This document shows, one piece after another, positions 1 to 10,194 of a stretch of 35,700 bases of DNA. The notes beneath the pieces were generated by a model. It ran no database searches and was not told where the DNA came from. It saw only the letters and a list, made by a program, of their open reading frames with translations. This DNA is from an uncultured Candidatus Peribacteria bacterium (GTDB lineage: Bacteria; Patescibacteriota; Gracilibacteria; BD1-5; UBA2023), in the NCBI GenBank assembly GCA_964430065.1, contig CAYSEP010000002.1:10973-46672 (forward strand), given 5' to 3'. Every line of letters begins with the position of its first letter. The first letter of the stretch is position 1. Made by a program: the position numbers and the translations under genes.

Positions 1-632
1 GTATCGAGAAGGTGGAAATTATGAGAAATAATAATAACCAACTTCGACATACTTCGCCACTTGTCGATCTCTTTCGACAGGATATCAATAGCACCAATAT
101 CGAGACCTGAGTCGATCTCATCGAGGACGATCACACGAGGATCAAGCAGAGCAATTTGGAGCATCTCTATGCGACGCTTCTCTCCTCCAGAGAATCCCAC
201 ATAGAGATCACGATCAAGGAACTTCGCATCGAGTCCATAGGTTGGCAGCATCTTCTCTACCATACGACGAAATATAAATGGCGTCGGTACCTTCTCTCCA
301 GGATGAGTACGAGTGAAATAGTGTACATAGATCGTGCGGAGATACTCGAGGAGACGTATCCCTGGGATCTCTGGAACAGATTGGAATGAGAGAAATATTC
401 CCTTCGTCGAAAGGATATCAGGACTGAGCCCTATCAGGCTCTCGTCATCGAGAGTAATATTTCCTGAGACTGTATAGCGTGGATGTCCGAAGAGGGCAAA
501 TGCGAGAGAAGATTTTCCACTTCCGTTGGTTCCGAGAAGCGCATACGTCTCTCCATGGTCGAATGTATAAGAAAAGTCTTTCACGATCTCCTTCTCTCCT
601 ACAGATACAGATATGTGATCCAAGATAAGCAT
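1..632 (-). CDS. sufC: Fe-S cluster assembly ATPase SufC; the C-terminal end runs off the window start
   Basis: ATG at 632-630. Hand translation gives MLILDHISVSVGEKEIVKDF...[26 protein letters not shown] (Walker A), VGFSGGEKRRIEMLQIALLDPRVIVLDEIDSGLDIGAI (ABC signature plus Walker B). It is collinear with E. coli SufC. It is missing from the ORF track because no stop lies inside the window. Confidence 0.85.
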   Translation of the reverse strand, partial: MLILDHISVSVGEKEIVKDFSYTFDHGETYALLGTNGSGKSSLAFALFGHPRYTVSGNITLDDESLIGLSPDILSTKGIFLSFQSVPEIPGIRLLEYLRTIYVHYFTRTHPGEKVPTPFIFRRMVEKMLPTYGLDAKFLDRDLYVGFSGGEKRRIEMLQIALLDPRVIVLDEIDSGLDIGAIDILSKEIDKWRSMSKLVIIISHNFHLLD

Positions 633-728
633 GTGCGTATGATAAGGATGCGGAGACAAAATGCAAAAGTTTTTCTCACGAGCAACAAAAAATCCCCTCA
701 TTTCTGAAGGGATTTTCTTATCTTTTCT

Positions 729-758
729 AAAAACCAAAAACCCTCGCCGAAGCGAGGG
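729..758 (-). terminator. Rho-independent terminator downstream of the S-layer gene
   Basis: On the minus strand the stem is CCCTCGC, the loop TTCG and the return arm GCGAGGG (741-758), followed by TTTTTGGTTTTT (729-740). It lies 38 nt after the stop at 796. Confidence 0.7.
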
Positions 759-795
759 AAGTTGGAAAACTTAAAGAGAAATATTCTCTAGAAAG

Positions 796-3729
796 TTAAG
801 GCATAGATGTAGCAGAAGCATTAGCCTCAGTACCAACATCGTATGATCGACTAACTGCAACACCGTTAACAACATATGAAACGTTGCTAGCAGAGATAGT
901 TACCTGATCTCCTGTCGCCCAACCTGGAACAGTATCCATATACACCTCAAAGCTCGTTGAAGAATTCTTTGTAAGTGGAACAGGTATTGTTGAAAGGTTA
1001 GCAAAGTAGAATGTGCCAGTAACACCCGCATTTACAGCAGTAACTGCGTTTGAGTATCCTGAATTCGTACAAGCATTCGTACCATTGCTTCCACCAACTT
1101 CTCTTATACAAAGAGGAGTGTTGATAGTAGGAGCAGTTCCGTTTGCAGTGTAACGATACTTGAACTCAAGGGTAATACCTGAAAGGGTAATACCAGTATT
1201 TGAGTCACCATTTGTAATAGTGATCTTAGCGATTGCCTTAGTACTTGCAAGAAGTTTTACAGAATCAACCTTGATTGAAGGTGGAACTACACTGATTGTG
1301 TATGCCTTCATAGTCGCAGTAAATGCTGGAAGTCCAACTGTAGCACCTCCATTTACTGTAGTTGCTGTAATATCTGTAGGACTGACAACACGAAGCTGTA
1401 TTCCAGAACCGTAGATTGAATCAAGAGTCTTAACTGTAGTAAATACTACCTTAATATTCTGATCTTCATCTTTAGCAATGTTATTAAACATGCCATCTAC
1501 GGTAATAGTATTACCTGAGATAGTAACAGTACCCTGAAGTTTTGCATCAGTAGCAACATTTCGAAGTTCGACACTAGAAGCATCTACAACGTTAGAAAGA
1601 AGAGCTGAACCAATGTTATTTACAACGAGTTTTGTTACACGAACCTCATCACCTTCAGCACGAAGAGCAAATCTTCCAGCTTCTTGGTTTGTTGCAGAAG
1701 AAATCTTATCATTAGAATTTCCTGTATTTACAGTAGCATTCTTAAGGGTAAGAGTAGGAGCTTGGATAGTAGTCTTATCACCTGTTACTGTATCAGTAAG
1801 GAGAGATACTGCATTATTAGCAGCATCACGAACATCCGAAAGTTTAACTTGGAATGTATAGTTCTGAGAACCAACGACAGTGTTCTTTACAGAAGAACCA
1901 ACGATCGTGATACGAGCAGCAGTAGCTGTATCCACAGGGATAGAAACTGTCTTAGTAATAGGAAGGGCCCAGTTATCACTAGAGGTGATAGTAGCAACCT
2001 CAGAACCATTTACCTTAACTGAAAGTTGATCATTCGCAAATGCAAGAACACCACTTCCAGTAGTTGGAATAGTGTTAATAATGAGCTGACGAACATTAAG
2101 CCCAACTGTAGAAGTTACCTTAGCATCGAAGAGAGTCACATTAGACGCCCCTGGAGCAACAGTAACGTTAGCAGAAGATTGTTTAGTATAAGTAACATCC
2201 ACGTTAGAGAATGTGACTAGCTCATTGAATGAAGCAAAACCAGTTGTAGTTGTAGAATAACCAGTTGCAACCTCAGTAGCTGAGACATCAGAAGATGAAT
2301 CAATCTTGAATCCGAGAGTATTAGTAGAGGCGCTTCCATCAACGAGAATGTCAGCCTTGATCTCGAATGACTGGAAGTTACCAGCAGCGAGAGCATTAGC
2401 AAGACCAGAAACAGAGAGCTTATCAGCAGTAACTGTAGCAGTACCGACAGCTACACCGTTCTTGTATACCTTAACGTTAGCAAACTTCTTCGTAAGATCG
2501 TTTGATCCGGAACGAGTAAGTGTGAATCCGTTTACAGTAACATCACGAGAACCAGCAGTAAGATCTACCTTAGCGATAGCCTGTTGAGTCTTACCTGGAG
2601 TAGCAGTGTAGTTAACAGAACCTCCAACAGTAATACTAGCTGTTACGTATGAAGTAGTGTTGAGAAGACCGAGAGTCACCGGAGCACCAGTAACCGTAGT
2701 ATTATCAGCATTTACCGCAGTAAGAGTGAACTGGTGTTGGCTATTCTCAGCACCTGAAAGGTTCACGAGGATATCTACTACCTGAGACGCACCAGCCTTA
2801 ACGACGAGAGCAGGGTAGAAGTATACAGTACCTACTTGAGAAGTAGCGTTGTAGAAGTCTGAAGAAGACGATACTACCACACCATTCTGAGCAGCACGGA
2901 TACCGTTATTTGCAGAGATATCAGCAGAGTTACCGAGACCAGAGCGAGTAACCGCAAGAGATCGAACAGTAACATCGCTAGATCCAGCCATAAGTTTAAC
3001 TGAACCAACCTTTACTGAAGATGCGTTCTTAGGAACGTATTGAGCCATAGCTGTCCCTTCGAGAGAGGCAGTAAGAGCACCCATAACAGTTCCAGTAGAA
3101 ACAACACCAGTTCCAGAAGGAGGAACAGGATCTACAGGATCGACAGGAAGCTCGAGACCTGCTGCACATGCAGCGATCTTAAATGCTTCACCGCGAGATG
3201 CAGAAGCATTTGGGCGGAAGTAGTCGTTGTCAGCTGCACATCCGAGCTCGTTAGCACGGTTTACATAACCAGCAAGGTCACCAAGGGCACTAAGGTCCAT
3301 GTAACCTGCATCTGCATCTGAAGGAAGTTCACCGAGAGCACCGAGGATCATTTTGACCATCTCAGCACGAGTGACATTCGCATCTGGGCGGAATGTAGTA
3401 GAAGCTGTAGAAACGATACCTGCGTCAGCAAGGGCCTCTACATATCCACAAAGAGAATGAGAAGCAGGAACATCTCCGTATGTATCGACACAAGTAAGTG
3501 CATCCATACCACCGAGATTAGCAACTACCTTTGCGAGTTCCGCGCGGGTGATGTTACTAGAAAGACGGTAACCAGCCTCAGTATTTGAGTTGATTACACC
3601 GTTGTCAGCAAGCAATTCAGCATAAGGAAGGAACCCAGAAGCAGCAGATACAAGTGATGCACTTGCAGAAGCAGCCACGAGAGTGACGATCCCAACACTA
3701 GAAGCAAGCTTCGTAAAGAAGTTACTCAT
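796..3729 (-). CDS. S-layer-type cell-surface protein: signal peptide, 3 N-terminal SLH-like repeats, PVDPVDPVPP linker, then about 5 Ser/Thr/Val-rich beta-domain repeats
   Basis: The track ORF is 796..3807. I prefer the internal ATG at 3729 (MSNFFTKLASSVGIVTLVAASASASLVSAAS looks like a signal peptide). There are three SLH-like units ending in ITRAELAKVV, VTRAEMVKMI and ASRGEAFKIA. Recurrent units of the type AIAKVDLTAGSRDVTVNGFTLTRSG follow. There are no in-frame TGA, a strong promoter and a terminator. Confidence 0.85.
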   Translation of the reverse strand: MSNFFTKLASSVGIVTLVAASASASLVSAASGFLPYAELLADNGVINSNTEAGYRLSSNITRAELAKVVANLGGMDALTCVDTYGDVPASHSLCGYVEALADAGIVSTASTTFRPDANVTRAEMVKMILGALGELPSDADAGYMDLSALGDLAGYVNRANELGCAADNDYFRPNASASRGEAFKIAACAAGLELPVDPVDPVPPSGTGVVSTGTVMGALTASLEGTAMAQYVPKNASSVKVGSVKLMAGSSDVTVRSLAVTRSGLGNSADISANNGIRAAQNGVVVSSSSDFYNATSQVGTVYFYPALVVKAGASQVVDILVNLSGAENSQHQFTLTAVNADNTTVTGAPVTLGLLNTTSYVTASITVGGSVNYTATPGKTQQAIAKVDLTAGSRDVTVNGFTLTRSGSNDLTKKFANVKVYKNGVAVGTATVTADKLSVSGLANALAAGNFQSFEIKADILVDGSASTNTLGFKIDSSSDVSATEVATGYSTTTTGFASFNELVTFSNVDVTYTKQSSANVTVAPGASNVTLFDAKVTSTVGLNVRQLIINTIPTTGSGVLAFANDQLSVKVNGSEVATITSSDNWALPITKTVSIPVDTATAARITIVGSSVKNTVVGSQNYTFQVKLSDVRDAANNAVSLLTDTVTGDKTTIQAPTLTLKNATVNTGNSNDKISSATNQEAGRFALRAEGDEVRVTKLVVNNIGSALLSNVVDASSVELRNVATDAKLQGTVTISGNTITVDGMFNNIAKDEDQNIKVVFTTVKTLDSIYGSGIQLRVVSPTDITATTVNGGATVGLPAFTATMKAYTISVVPPSIKVDSVKLLASTKAIAKITITNGDSNTGITLSGITLEFKYRYTANGTAPTINTPLCIREVGGSNGTNACTNSGYSNAVTAVNAGVTGTFYFANLSTIPVPLTKNSSTSFEVYMDTVPGWATGDQVTISASNVSYVVNGVAVSRSYDVGTEANASATSMP

Positions 3730-4019
3730 AATAATATATGGGTAAGAAAGTAAAAAGCGGATATCTCCGCATGACTGGAACAAAAGATAATCATGGTCAG
3801 TGATCATCAGGGTGATTTCTTCTGGTCAGGAAGAAATCGCCTTTTCTGCCACAAGGACAGAAGAGGTTAAAGCTTTAACCTCAAGTTATTTGCATAACGA
3901 GAGGATCTGGTCTCTATAAAGGAACCAAATCCTCTCCTTATACAGTGATTATCGAGGGGACCAAAGCTGAGGAAAATGATGTTAAAGAACATCTAGAGGG
4001 CGACAAGCCTCTAAAATAC
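3730..4019 (-). promoter_or_regulatory. Long (about 290 nt) hairpin-rich 5' leader of the S-layer mRNA
   Basis: Stem-loops: 3811-3841 (12 bp stem, 7-nt loop), 3841-3865, the palindrome gaggttaaag/ctttaacctc around 3863-3882, 3901-3934 (11 bp with one mismatch) and 3994-4013. The last one sits at the predicted 5' end of the transcript. No convincing ORF is present. Confidence 0.5.
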
Positions 4020-4026
4020 GCGGCTA

Positions 4027-4055
4027 ATAATATGGAAATGAGGGGGTAAAGTCAA
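4027..4055 (-). promoter_or_regulatory. Sigma70-like promoter of the S-layer gene
   Basis: On the minus strand: TTGACT (4055-4050), a 17-nt spacer, then TATTAT (4032-4027). This is a near-consensus -35/-10 with optimal spacing. The predicted TSS is around 4018-4020. Confidence 0.55.
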
Positions 4056-4119
4056 ATGAAAGTGCTCTCTCTTCACGATATTTTCACTTCGAAGTATAGG
4101 GGAAATACAGAAAATAAAA

Positions 4120-4149
4120 TTGCAATAATTATTTTTTCGCTTCTACAAA
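4120..4149 (+). promoter_or_regulatory. Candidate promoter for rny
   Basis: TTGCAA (4120-4125), an 18-nt spacer, then TACAAA (4144-4149), about 120 nt upstream of the rny ATG. It is only a weak match in an AT-rich spacer. Confidence 0.3.
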
Positions 4150-4267
4150 AGACGGTAAGAGGAAAAGAGAAAAAATAATTCCTTTTTCTACAAAAACACA
4201 TAATATGAAGCTGTCGCAGGTAAAATATGCACAAAATGAATATCCTACTCACTAAAAATCAACCTAT

Positions 4268-5782
4268 ATGGACCTTTTTTCTCTTCTTGCCCTTGTATGA
4301 GGGTCTTTTCTCGGTGCTCTCGTAGTCTGGCTCATATCCCAAAATAAAAATAAATCCCAAAGTACTCGCCTCATAAAAGAAGCTGAGGAACAGGCAAAAA
4401 CTATCATATCTCGAGCAGAAGAAACCAGAGAAAACACAAGACGCGAGATCGAAGAAGCAAAAAACGATCTTCGTGACCGCAAACAAAGCATCACCGAAAG
4501 TGAAGAGCGTCTTTCTGATAAAGAAAAACGTCTCGATGCCAAGTTCGAAGAAATCGATGGGAAACGTGTCGCTCTCCTCGAAAAAGAGAAATCGCTCGAA
4601 AATAAGCTCGAATCGGCAGACCAAAAATCTCGTGAGATCGAGGAAAAGCTCGAATCCGTAGCAAGACTTTCACAAGACGATGCCAAAGAGCTTCTGATGA
4701 AGTATACAGAAGAGCGCTACGAGAAAGATATCCTGAGCCTTATCGATAAAAAGAAAAAAGACCTAAAAACTCGTGAGCTCGAAGCCACTCGTGAGATCCT
4801 GATAAAATCTATCCAGCAATACGCTGGAGAGGTATGTGGTGAGACAACCCAAACTCTCGTAACTCTTCCGAGTGATGACCTGAAAGGAAAACTCATAGGA
4901 AAAGAAGGGCGAAATATCGTGGCATTCGAGAAGGCAACAGGAGTATCTCTTATCATAGACGATGCTCCAGATACGGTATTTCTCTCGAGCTTCGACCTGT
5001 TTCGTCGCTATATCGCCAAGAAGTCACTGGAAGAGCTCCTCGAAGATGGACGCATACAGCCAGCCCGCATAGAAGAAGTCGTCGAGAAAAACCAAAAAGA
5101 AGCAGATAAGCTCATCACGGACTTAGGGCGAAAAACCGTAGAAGAAATGAACGTGATCGGCATCCCCGACGAGATACTTCCACTCATCGGAAAGTTCCGA
5201 TTCCGCACGAGCTATGGACAAAATATCCTCATGCACTCGAAAGAGGTTGCCTATATCGCTGAAGCTATTGCCAAGATGATCGGTGCTGACCCAGTCCTTG
5301 CACTGAAGGGAGGACTTCTGCATGATCTCGGAAAAGCCATGGACCACGATATCGAGGGAACTCACCCGGAGATCGGCGGACGTATCGCTCGAAAATATGG
5401 GCTCGACGATAAGATAGTCAATATCATAGAAGGTCATCATGACGATGTGCCACAGATTTGTATAGAAACCAAGATCGTACAGATCGCCGACGCGATATCA
5501 GCAGTACGACCAGGCGCTCGTCGTATGAATGTCGAAGACTATGTGAAACGTATCCAAGAAATGGAAAATATTGCCATGAGTTACCCTGGTGTCGCGAAAG
5601 CCTATGCTCTCTCCGCAGGACGTGAAGTACGCGTATTTGTCGATGCAGACACCGTCTCTGATCTCGAGGCAGAGAAAAGAGCAGGAGAAATCGCAGCGCA
5701 GATCGAGGCGAACTGTAACTATCCAGGAGAAATCAAGGTTATTATCTTCCGCGAGAAAAGAATCGTTCAGTACGCGAAGTAA
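4268..5782 (+). CDS. rny: Ribonuclease Y (N-terminal TM helix, coiled coil, KH and HD domains)
   Basis: The track ORF 4697..5782 carries KH (LIGKEGRNIVAFEKATGV) and HD (LLHDLGKA...GHHDD) motifs. The same frame extends upstream through one TGA (4298-4300) to the ATG at 4268. This gives MDLFSLLALV-G-GSFLGALVVWLI (membrane anchor) plus a Glu/Lys-rich coiled coil, the canonical RNase Y layout. Confidence 0.9.
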
Positions 5783-5817
5783 AAACACCCTGAATCCTTT
5801 ATTCTTAAGCTCATTTC

Positions 5818-6615
5818 ATGTACCCCACGATAGAATTTCTCGGCATCACGGTATATACTTTTGGGACACTTCTCTCTATTGCTTGGCTTTTGTTCTTTGT
5901 TCTCTTGCACCGATTTTCATGGAAAAAATGATTCACGAAACCGATATTTAGCTCTATCGTTCCTTTCACACTTTCTTTGTTTTTTTTCTCGCGGATTTTC
6001 TATATATTTTCTGAATGGGTAGAGGAGAAATACGTCCTCATGGAACTCGCTTATGGGCATATATTCTCTTTTTTAAGACTGTTTTTTATCCCGCAAGACT
6101 ATCACTTTTCTCTCTTCGGAGCGATATTTGGTTTTGGTTTGGTATTTATGATACTCACGAGCAAGAATAAAAAAGAACGCCCTGCATATCTCGATGTTAT
6201 TGCTCATGCATTCCTTTGGAGCGCTCTTCTCGGGTACTTCGCGGCCCTTCTCTGAGGGCAAATCTACGGGATAGCATGGAGCTCCCCAGTATCTCTCATA
6301 TACGACCACAAAAATAGTATCGTCACTGCCCGAAGTGCACTCTTTCCTCTCCCAATCGTCTATATGATACTCTGTGGGGGGATACTTTTCGCCCTTTCGA
6401 AAGTAACAAAACACTGACATCTTCCTGATGGGTACATAGGTTCTCTCGGGCTTGGACTGTTTGGTGTCACTATTTTTCTTTTTGATTTTCTTTCTGGAAA
6501 TAGGAAAGATATATTCTACGATTACTTCTCTCTCGGGATGAACCAGATCGGATGACTCATACTTGTACTCATAGCGGTTCTCGCTATCCTCAGAATTACT
6601 GGCAAAAAAATATAA
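5818..6615 (+). CDS. lgt: Polytopic membrane protein, divergent prolipoprotein diacylglyceryl transferase (Lgt)-like
   Basis: One frame is open from ATG 5818 to TAA 6613-6615, with 4 in-frame TGA and no TAA/TAG (checked triplet by triplet). By eye it is collinear with Lgt, for example ...LLGYFAALL-G-GQIYG where Lgt has G-R-x-G-N-F-x-N-x-E-L-x-G, and ...LFPLPIVYM... where Lgt has P-x-Q-L-Y-E. Several catalytic-motif residues differ. Confidence 0.55.
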
Positions 6616-6618
6616 TCC

Positions 6619-8124
6619 ATGCCGCATTCTCGTCGTATTTTTCTGTTGTTTTCTCTTTCTCTCCTATTTGGGGTAATTTTTGGGGTAAATTTCTGGAATG
6701 GTGAATACTGGATTCCTGTTCTTATAGGAATCTCTATAATAGGTATTATTTGATACGCATTGAAAAGGGTTTTGCTGCTCAGTATCAGCATCAGTCTTTT
6801 ATGATTCTCCCTTGGGGCCATAAGTGGGTATATCTCATACCAATCACATGTGGGACACTTTCGTATACTCGAAAGGATAACACAGGGATTCGAAAAAAAG
6901 AGTCGTATAGAAGGCACCGTGGAGAAAGAAATTTCCCAAAAAGAACGATCGCGAGTTGTGCTTCTCAGGATCGACACGTTCGACAACTTCGACACAACTT
7001 CGACAATCAGTTTTTCTGGATTTTCTTTTTATAGAGAGGTTTCCAGACCTTCGATCTTTGTCGAAGTTCCCTCGAATCTCGACATCGAGGTCGGAGAACG
7101 CATCGCATTCGATGCCAAAATACGACCAAATATCACTTTTCCTCTCAGTGGATATGACCGATATGCATTTCATAAAGGTGGGTATGGATATGTGTTCCTT
7201 CCTTCGTGGAAAAACATATCCCCGAAGAAACATCCAAATTTCTGGAAAAATACTCGAACATCACTTGCCGAAAGTTACCACTCGATTTTTCCGCGCGATG
7301 TCGCAGGAGTTATCCTCGGGATGACAGTAGGATATACTGATCTTCTGAGTCCTGAGACCAAAAAAGCATTCATCCAAAGTGGAATCAGTCATATACTGGT
7401 CGTGAGTGGTTCAAATATTGCTTTTGTGATACTTTTTTTGGTATTTTTTCTGAAGTATATACCTACGAGACGCAAACTCGTACAAATACTTGTGGTAACC
7501 CTATTTCTCCTCCTCTATGGGATGCTCGTATCGTGGGAAGTATCCGTACTCCGCGCAACCATCATGGGCATACTTACCTACACCATAGCCTCTACTGGAA
7601 ACAGAGTCGCATCTCGTACGCCGCTGGCTCTGGCAATCATAGTCCTCTCACTCTCGGACCCTCTTGGTGTTCTCTATGATGCTGGATTTGCTCTCTCGTT
7701 TGGTGCTACTCTCGGGATCATTCTCTGTAAAGAACGTGTAGAATGGCTTTTATCGAAACTTGCTCTCCCGAAAAATCTGGCCCCGTATTTCTCCATCACA
7801 CTCTGAGCCTCGATCGGGAGTATACCAGCACTGGTATATCATTTTGGTACATTTTCACCACTTTCTATCATAGCAAATATCCTCATCGCATGAGTGCTTG
7901 GGTGGATTCTTTTTGGTTCTGTAGCACTTATCTTCATAGCGAAGTTCTCATCTTCTCTAAGTTTCGTATTCGGATATACTCTCTATGTTCCCGTAAAATA
8001 CCTGATGTGGGTAGGGAATTTTTTTGCTTCGTTTCCGAGTATCACATTCTCTCATGAACAAGCAATTCTCATTTCACTATTTTTGTATGGAGTTCTGATT
8101 ATGTTTTTTATACTCGATGATTAA
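6619..8124 (+). CDS. comEC: ComEC/Rec2-family DNA internalisation channel (OB/DUF4131-like N-terminus plus Competence domain, no C-terminal metallo-beta-lactamase domain)
   Basis: ATG 6619 lies 4 nt after the lgt stop. The frame runs through 4 TGA and joins track ORFs 6850..7806 and 7894..8124. It has the Competence-domain signature FIQSGISHILVVSGSNIAFV and multiple TM helices. Length is 501 aa. Confidence 0.8.
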
Positions 8125-8138
8125 GCATTATTTCCCAT

Positions 8139-8864
8139 TCAGAAAAGACTATTCACATCGACAGAGGAATTGACTCGTAGGGAGATATCTGCATCTTCGA
8201 GAAACACTTCAAGTGTCTTTCGGTATTCGCTCGTGATAAACGTAGCGTAGGTTCGTGCTGTTTTCTCAGGAAGGGTGACATTCCGGAGGGAAAGAAAAAA
8301 TGCGAAAAATGCTCCGACTGCATGGTCAGCATACATGCTCGTTTCTTTCGATGAGAGGAGAGAGAGAAGTTTCTGGGAAAGAACAATAGAAACCTCCTTT
8401 TCTCTGAGAAACTGACGAGAAAAATCTACCCAAAAACTCATCCAGTCACGTATCGCTGGATGGAGCGTCGAATCATCGAATGGTACTGGGGATCCGTAGT
8501 GGGGAAGCGCGAGAAATCGGTGAATCTCCTCATGTTTTCAGAGTTCTTTCAGGATATATTCGAGAGCTTCTGGGTAAAATAATGATATCGTCGCAAGTAT
8601 ATATCTCGATGGATACCCATGCTCGAGAAGTACTATCACCAGAGGGATAAGATCTTCATAGAGGGGATTTTGGATAAATCGGGCTAATATATGAAAGAGA
8701 GCATTATTATCTCACTTTGCTCTTTGTTCATCTTTTTGTGTTTTTTGGAGCTCTTTTTGTGCTTTTTTTGACGATTCTTTCTGGCGTTCACTTTTCTCAC
8801 TTGGGGCATCGGAAGAGGCTCCAACTCATTCGGAATTATCGAGATCCATATCATCGAGTGACAT
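8139..8864 (-). CDS. Hypothetical protein with a Lys/Glu/Gln-rich N-terminus
   Basis: The frame of track ORF 8139..8441 stays open upstream through 3 TGA to ATG 8864 (alternative ATG 8849), bounded by TAA at 8877-8879. I recognise no motif. It converges on comEC. Confidence 0.55.
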
Positions 8865-8915
8865 ACAGGAAGGGTATTATGGTATAGGATAGGCTTCACA
8901 GAGAGTCTTTACCTG

Positions 8916-10112
8916 TCATCGCAGCTTCTCTAGAACTTCATCGTTTTGGTGATTTTTGAGTGCTTCTATGATGATGCTCGTCACTTCTCGTACAGCGTCT
9001 TCTTTCATCCCACGAGTAGTTATAGCCGGCGTTCCGAGGCGGATACCAGATGGATCCATCGGTTTTCGTGGGTCGAACGGGATCATGTTTTTATTACAAG
9101 ATATTCCTGCTTTTTCCAGAGCATGTTCTGCCTCCTTTCCTGTGATTCCGAGAGAACCGAATACATCGAGCAATACTATATGGTTTTCTGTCCCTCCAGA
9201 TATGACTCTGATGTTATTTTCCTGGAATTTGTCTGACATGGCGATCGAATTGTCAATAACCTGTCGTGAGTAGCTCTGGAATTCTGGTTTTAGAGCTTCT
9301 CCGAAGGCAATAGCCTTCGCAAGGTTCGTGTGGTCATGTGGACCTCATTGGACTCATGGGAATACTGCACGAGCAATATCTGGACCATATTTTTCCTTCG
9401 CCATGATCATGGCACCACGAGGACCACGAAGCGTTTTATGGGTCGTAGTAGTTACTATATCACAGTATGGTACTGGATTTTCGAGAACTTTTCCTGCTAC
9501 GAGGCCTGCTATATGGGCAATATCAGCCATTAGTATCGCTCCTGTAGCGTCTGCTATCTCTCGGAATCGTTTCCAGTCGAGCGACCGAGAATATGCGGAG
9601 AATCCAGCAAGGATCAATTTCGGATGATGTTCTTTCGCGAGTCGTTCTACCTCGTCCATATTGATCCGCTCTGTTTCTTTATCAACAAGATAGGGAACGA
9701 TATTGTATGTCTTTCCTGAGAAGTTCAGTGGGTGACCGTGAGTGAGGTGTCCTCACTGATCGAGAGAGAGTCCGAGGATAGTATCTCCAGGAGAGAGTAC
9801 TGCGAGGAATACCGCAAGATTTGCTGGAGAACCAGAAAGTGGTTGGACATTTACATATTCAGCACCGAAAAGTGCTTTTGCTCGCTCTATAGCGAGATTT
9901 TCTGCCTGGTCGATAAATTCTTGTCCAGCATAGTAACGCTTTCCTGGGTAGCCTTCTGAGTATTTATTCGTAAGGATAGAACCATTGGCCTCGAGGACAG
10001 CATGAGACACATAGTTCTCACTCGCGATAAGTTCGAGTTCGTATTTTTGTCGATTTTCTTCTCAGATAAGGATATCGTAGGCAACGGGGTCTTGGTTTTG
10101 GATATATGACAT
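8916..10112 (-). CDS. glyA: Serine hydroxymethyltransferase
   Basis: Track fragments 8916..9239, 9354..9659 and 9753..10010 are one frame joined by TGA. Motifs include [18 protein letters not shown] and VFP-TGA-VQ-TGA-GPH, where E. coli GlyA has VFPGGQGGP. The ATG at 10112 gives [22 protein letters not shown]. Confidence 0.9.
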
Positions 10113-10194
10113 AGGAGTGAAAGTAAAGAGTAGAGAGAGAATTTTTTGGTATCTTAGTCTATATTGAGATTGGGGTTGGAGAGAAAAAACATAG

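Noticed and set aside
1160-3321. Plus-strand ORFs listed inside the S-layer gene (1160..1414, 1613..1861, 1684..2022, 2026..2220, 2306..2587, 3040..3321).
   Set aside because: They are antisense to a long, well-supported CDS and have low-complexity translations. They have no independent start or terminator signals and are typical shadow ORFs.
3808-4020. Possible SRP (4.5S) RNA or other housekeeping ncRNA, prompted by CTGGTCAGGAAG and AAGGACAG strings and dense hairpins.
   Set aside because: There is no GNRA-capped helix 8 and no conserved AGCA/GGAA symmetric-loop arrangement. The strings sit in a hairpin loop, not in the expected positions. A structured mRNA leader is the simpler reading, although a + strand sRNA is not fully excluded.
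4259-4686. Minus-strand ORFs 4259..4624, 4264..4686 and 4491..4673.
   Set aside because: They overlap the N-terminal coiled-coil region of rny once rny is extended through the TGA at 4298-4300. They are antisense shadows of a Glu/Lys-rich coding region.
8684-8899. Lys-rich minus-strand ORF (…RKNRQKKHKKSSKKHKKMNKEQ…) from the track.
   Set aside because: A different frame over the same DNA stays open through TGA from 8864 down to 8139 and merges with track ORF 8139..8441. I prefer the 241-aa reading. The 71-aa ORF is probably an out-of-frame artefact of an A-rich stretch.
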